Shown here piece by piece: positions 35,607-39,136 of a stretch of 39,136 nucleotides of DNA. This DNA is from a virus. Its lineage: Duplodnaviria; Caudoviricetes. Under the pieces are notes generated by a model. It ran no database searches. It was not told where the DNA came from and saw only the letters and a program-made list of their open reading frames with translations. Made by a program: the position numbers and the translations under genes. Where the stretch lies: positions 1 to 39,136 of IMG/VR virus record IMGVR_UViG_3300017913_000464. One strand, given 5' to 3'. Numbering within the stretch: the stretch's first letter is position 1; each line of letters begins with the position of its first letter.

Positions 35607-35872
35607 TAACTATCCTTCTCTTTTGCGAGTTTCGCCAAGTCTGCTACGCGCTTAGACGACATGTTTAGTAGGTCTTCTGCGTTAGTAACGCGGCCTGCTA
35701 CATCACCCATATCGCGCTGAAGGCTTTCTCTTGCCGCCAATATTGCAACACGAAGGGCAGCTATGTCGTCCCGTATTGGTTTTAATTCTTCGTGGATTAA
35801 TGCGTTCACATATTCACGTGTGGTCGCGTCCACCTGAGAAGCCCAATGGCGGCTATTAACGGGGTTTGGCAT
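35606..35872 (-). CDS. Hypothetical coiled-coil protein (88 aa)
   Basis: GGAGG RBS; overlaps the portal 3' end; TAATG coupling downstream. Confidence 0.65.
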   Translation of the reverse strand: MPNPVNSRHWASQVDATTREYVNALIHEELKPIRDDIAALRVAILAARESLQRDMGDVAGRVTNAEDLLNMSSKRVADLAKLAKEKDS

Positions 35873-37781
35873 TGGCTGCCTCCTTCATTGGTACGAGGTT
35901 GCCCTTCTTCACTTCGTCGTCGATGTTGCCCTGCGGCTGTACGGACGCACCACGCATTTTTTCGAGCATCATCATCTGCTGTGATGGGGTCGGACCTTCT
36001 GCCATCTGCTCTTTGCTGATCTTGAACTGATCAAGGTCAGACACGCCCATGCTGCGGATCGCCTCTTCAACGATCTTGCCCGAATTGTATTCCATGCCCA
36101 TCCCTGTCTCGTTCAGGATTTTCAGCATGTTGATCCAAGTCTCGGCATTGCGTGTGGGTTCGAGTGGCAATGTGCCATCAACGACAAGATAGTCGATGTC
36201 ACCTTGGATTTCGCTGATGTTGAAGTCCAAGTATCCGTCCTCAACCATGTCAGCGACCGAAGAAGCCGCGTCATTGTCGCTGATACGGATCGAACCGTCA
36301 GGCGAGAAGAAGTCCTGTACGTTCGCAACCATCATGCGAACCATCGGACGTACGGATGTTGCCGAGATTATGCGGGATAGTACGCCTAGACGCTGGGAAC
36401 CAAGCTGCGTGAGGCGCTGGATTTCTGTGGCAGTACGTATCCCGTCCGCTGTGGGCATACCCTGTTGGGCATCCGAAGCAGCAGAAAGTCGTTGCTTGAG
36501 GCCAGACATAGCCTCAATGTCATTCCAATGTCCGCGTGTTACATCTGGTACTTGTGCGATGAACAAGCCTTTGCCGACATCTGCCCCTGGCATTGTGCGA
36601 ACAAGACCATGTGGGTTTCGGTCAATAAGGTCGCCGATTGCGATTTGAGTAGGGTCAACAAAGATAAGGTTCGATAAGGCTGCTTGTACGTTGTCGATAC
36701 GTGAACGCAAGAGCCATGTGGCAATGTCGTGTAAGGGTAGGAGTAAGTCGTACAAGGACTGTGAGTAGGTTTTGTGTGCGTCATGGTAAAGCCCGCCAAT
36801 GGTTACAGGGAACTGGCGTCCGTAAGGGTTAAGTTGACAACGAATAACGACGTTCTCGTCAAGGATCGTAATGCACATCCACAGATGCTCGATCTGCGGT
36901 AGGTTTACCTCGTAGCCCGCAAGGCGTACCCAGCACTCGTCAGTGACGCGACTGTCGCCAAGCGTGAAATATGTACCGCCGCTCTCGCGCTTGTTGCGCT
37001 CGGCGGGGTCAATGCTTAGTCCTCGTCCCGCTTCGGCGTGCCATCTATGTCCGTCCCAGCCACCAGCAGGAGGTGTGAGGCGGTTGCGGAGCGCGGGGTA
37101 CTCGGTGAGCTTGGGGTACAAGCCTGTCTGGACCAAGGCGTCGTAGGAAGAGTAATCCGAGAAGATGATGTACTGCATCTTGTCCCAGTCGCCCCATGTG
37201 GTTCGGGGGTCATGGAATACGCGTCTCGGGTCGAAGTTTGTGATCTCGTTGGTGCGGTTTCTAGCATCCCACGTAATCTTTGTGGGGGCGTATCCGTACC
37301 GAATGCAGTCCAAAAGGTGTTGGGCAACTCGCGCTTCTCCTGCTGTTCGGCGCATCTGCTGGTGGAGCAAACGCTCGATGATAGCCGATGATTTACGTGA
37401 GTTACGGTTCAAACCCTCAAGCTGGAACATAGGGTTGCGGCCCGTCAGGGCCGCCATCAAATACGTAAGTACCGTGTCAGCGATAGCTCGCGTGTCCGCG
37501 ATAACGGCTTTCTCGCGGAATGAAGTTGCATCAGGGCGAACATACACGTCATGGGCGCGGTCAGCCTGCTTCCAGTGATCGTAACGACGCGATATGCGGT
37601 CGTACGACATCTGCATCGCGCTCTTTACGTAGTCAACGAGACGTTGCTCCTGCTCTTCCGTCAGAGCTGAAGAAATATCGTCGTACGCCATCAAACGGTC
37701 AGCGTGATCCGAAAGATCAACGACTATTCCATCATCTCCTGGCACATACTCTGCGCGGTAGTGTGTTGTTGTCAGCGTCAT
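35856..37781 (-). CDS. Portal protein (641 aa)
   Basis: Follows TerL; size and motifs fit podophage portals (YGYA..K..W, NPY..FP, SDAQQG..RTATEI, Gln/Met-rich C-terminus). Confidence 0.88.
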   Translation of the reverse strand: MTLTTTHYRAEYVPGDDGIVVDLSDHADRLMAYDDISSALTEEQEQRLVDYVKSAMQMSYDRISRRYDHWKQADRAHDVYVRPDATSFREKAVIADTRAIADTVLTYLMAALTGRNPMFQLEGLNRNSRKSSAIIERLLHQQMRRTAGEARVAQHLLDCIRYGYAPTKITWDARNRTNEITNFDPRRVFHDPRTTWGDWDKMQYIIFSDYSSYDALVQTGLYPKLTEYPALRNRLTPPAGGWDGHRWHAEAGRGLSIDPAERNKRESGGTYFTLGDSRVTDECWVRLAGYEVNLPQIEHLWMCITILDENVVIRCQLNPYGRQFPVTIGGLYHDAHKTYSQSLYDLLLPLHDIATWLLRSRIDNVQAALSNLIFVDPTQIAIGDLIDRNPHGLVRTMPGADVGKGLFIAQVPDVTRGHWNDIEAMSGLKQRLSAASDAQQGMPTADGIRTATEIQRLTQLGSQRLGVLSRIISATSVRPMVRMMVANVQDFFSPDGSIRISDNDAASSVADMVEDGYLDFNISEIQGDIDYLVVDGTLPLEPTRNAETWINMLKILNETGMGMEYNSGKIVEEAIRSMGVSDLDQFKISKEQMAEGPTPSQQMMMLEKMRGASVQPQGNIDDEVKKGNLVPMKEAANAKPR

Positions 37782-37786
37782 AATAT

Positions 37787-37822
37787 TATTTATCGCCTGT
37801 TTTAATTATTTCGTCGTCCCTA
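37787..37822 (-). promoter_or_regulatory. Candidate late promoter TAGGGACGAC-N20-TAAATA upstream of portal
   Basis: Exact motif copy; its TAG is the terminase stop codon. Confidence 0.65.
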
Positions 37823-39136
37823 TTCGCCCCAACCCCGCCAAGACTGTCCGTTGTTCAGGAATAAGCTGTCCTTCGCGCTGGGCAGTGTGAAGTTCGGGGG
37901 CTTATAATATTCGCCCGTCGCGGGCGTGCGGGCCAGTACGTCAAGGCCGATAGCGAGTGCGTCGACTTGGTCGTCGTGCGTACCCGATGGGAACGTCTGG
38001 CACTCGTTGTAAAACTCGTCGAGCCATGGTGCGCTTTCGGGTACGAGTACGCGACCGCCCTCGATGAGTGGAAGTACGGCGTTTAGGCGGGCAACCTTGT
38101 CGCCCGCAATCTTGTACGGAATTACGGATACGCCGCTCTCACGCTTGAGTTCTTGGATGAGGGATTGGCCCGAGGCTTTGTCCTCGATGTATATACCCCG
38201 CAAGCCACGGCCACGCCAAAGGTTGTTAAGTTGGATCATGCGACGTTTCAGGTCAGGGAACTCAAAGCGGTCACGAACGACGTCCAATAGGTAGATGTCG
38301 CCCGTTGTGTCCAAGCCCATCGTCATCATTACGGAGTAATCGCTGTCCTGTTTGGCTTTGAAGGCCGTGTCAGCGGCGATAATCAGGGATGAGAAGCGTT
38401 CGGGCTTCAGATCAGAAGGGAAAGTACGCCACCAGTGAGAGCGAATAAGATTACCACCCTCAATGTACGGTGATTGCTGGTAAAGTGAGGCGAACTCGCG
38501 GGGATTGAGGCGCTGTCGCCTGTCGAGGTCTTCGAGTGAGAAGCGTTCGGGCCACAAGGCTGTACGGGTCGTCTTTCGTATGTAGCGTTTGCTCGGGCTA
38601 AGTTTCGACGCTTCGCCTGGGGCGAGGTATTCAGGGTGTGTTTTGTCCAACTCGCTTCGAGATAGCTTACCGTGGTCGCCCATGATGGGCTTCTCGCTGA
38701 TAGCAGGGAAGTTGATGTGCAGCCAGCGGCCCTCACGCCAGTCTTCTGTCTGCATGAGGCGTCCTGCTGGGTCATCTGGATGCCAGCGGGTAAGAATGAT
38801 GATCTGTGCGGGGGGTACGTTGTCGATGTCGGGCTGCAAACGGGTGGATAGTGCGGATACATAGTAGTTCCATATCTTGTTGCGCTGGGTTGCGCTTTCT
38901 GCGTCCTCGCGAGACTTCAATGGGTCGTCGAGGAGTAAGAGATTTGCCGCACGACCCGATGTCGTACCGCCAACACCGATGAAATACGCGGCACCACCAG
39001 CAGTTGTGCGCCACTGATCGACCGCGCGGCTGTCTTGGGACATGTCGAAGTCAGGAAAGATTTGCTTCGTGACGGGTTCGTTGCACAAGTCGCGCACTTG
39101 GCGACCGAAATCGGTGGCAAGTTGGCTGTTATATGA
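37820..39136 (-). CDS. terL: Terminase large subunit, 5' end outside the window
   Basis: Frame open to the window end (SYNSQLATDFGRQV...). Motifs GVGG..SGR.ANLLLLDDPLK (Walker B), TRWH.DD, LWPE, LYQQ.P, DTA....DYS, IEDKASG, FP.G.HDDQVD. Confidence 0.95.
   Translation of the reverse strand, partial: SYNSQLATDFGRQVRDLCNEPVTKQIFPDFDMSQDSRAVDQWRTTAGGAAYFIGVGGTTSGRAANLLLLDDPLKSREDAESATQRNKIWNYYVSALSTRLQPDIDNVPPAQIIILTRWHPDDPAGRLMQTEDWREGRWLHINFPAISEKPIMGDHGKLSRSELDKTHPEYLAPGEASKLSPSKRYIRKTTRTALWPERFSLEDLDRRQRLNPREFASLYQQSPYIEGGNLIRSHWWRTFPSDLKPERFSSLIIAADTAFKAKQDSDYSVMMTMGLDTTGDIYLLDVVRDRFEFPDLKRRMIQLNNLWRGRGLRGIYIEDKASGQSLIQELKRESGVSVIPYKIAGDKVARLNAVLPLIEGGRVLVPESAPWLDEFYNECQTFPSGTHDDQVDALAIGLDVLARTPATGEYYKPPNFTLPSAKDSLFLNNGQSWRGWGE

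Noticed and set aside
35740-35772. Exact GGGACGAC copy inside the 88-aa gene followed by N19-CAATAT
   Set aside because: Intragenic, lacks the TA prefix and has a weak -10, and the downstream gene is already translationally coupled; left uncalled though not excluded.

Overview
The whole window looks like a ~39 kb piece of a tailed dsDNA phage genome, most likely a podovirus. It has two divergent arms. Left arm (1-5724): a leftward Cro-like HTH gene and a Prim-Pol/AAA primase-helicase that runs off the window edge and is therefore missing from the ORF track. Facing the other way is a recombination/DNA-metabolism cassette: Sak4-like AAA_24 ATPase, SSB with a DDIPF tail, Cas4-like PD-(D/E)xK nuclease and a DUF6378-like protein. 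Right arm (5721-39136, all minus strand) is morphogenesis: TerL, portal, a fibre/appendage block, four tiny basic proteins, scaffold, major capsid, adaptor, nozzle and tail protein. It continues into an ejection/internal-protein block (two proteins sharing a GRxGD..H..P..NPxTG..EF domain, a GNAT, a repeat-rich 1069-aa protein, and 385-aa and 734-aa proteins) and ends in a 2997-aa polyvalent-type protein. Main unannotated signals: (i) a recurrent late-promoter-like motif, (TA)GGGACGAC-N18-20-TA-rich hexamer, in five intergenic gaps; (ii) the duplicated GRxGD/NPxTG domain next to a GNAT, a possible processing/acylation system for ejected proteins; (iii) a structured 5' leader on the capsid gene; (iv) zincin and degenerate ART-like domains in the giant protein; (v) apparent GANTC avoidance, suggesting an alphaproteobacterial host. 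I saw no integrase, DNA/RNA polymerase, lysin, tRNA or CRISPR array. All family assignments come from motif recognition by eye, not from database searches.
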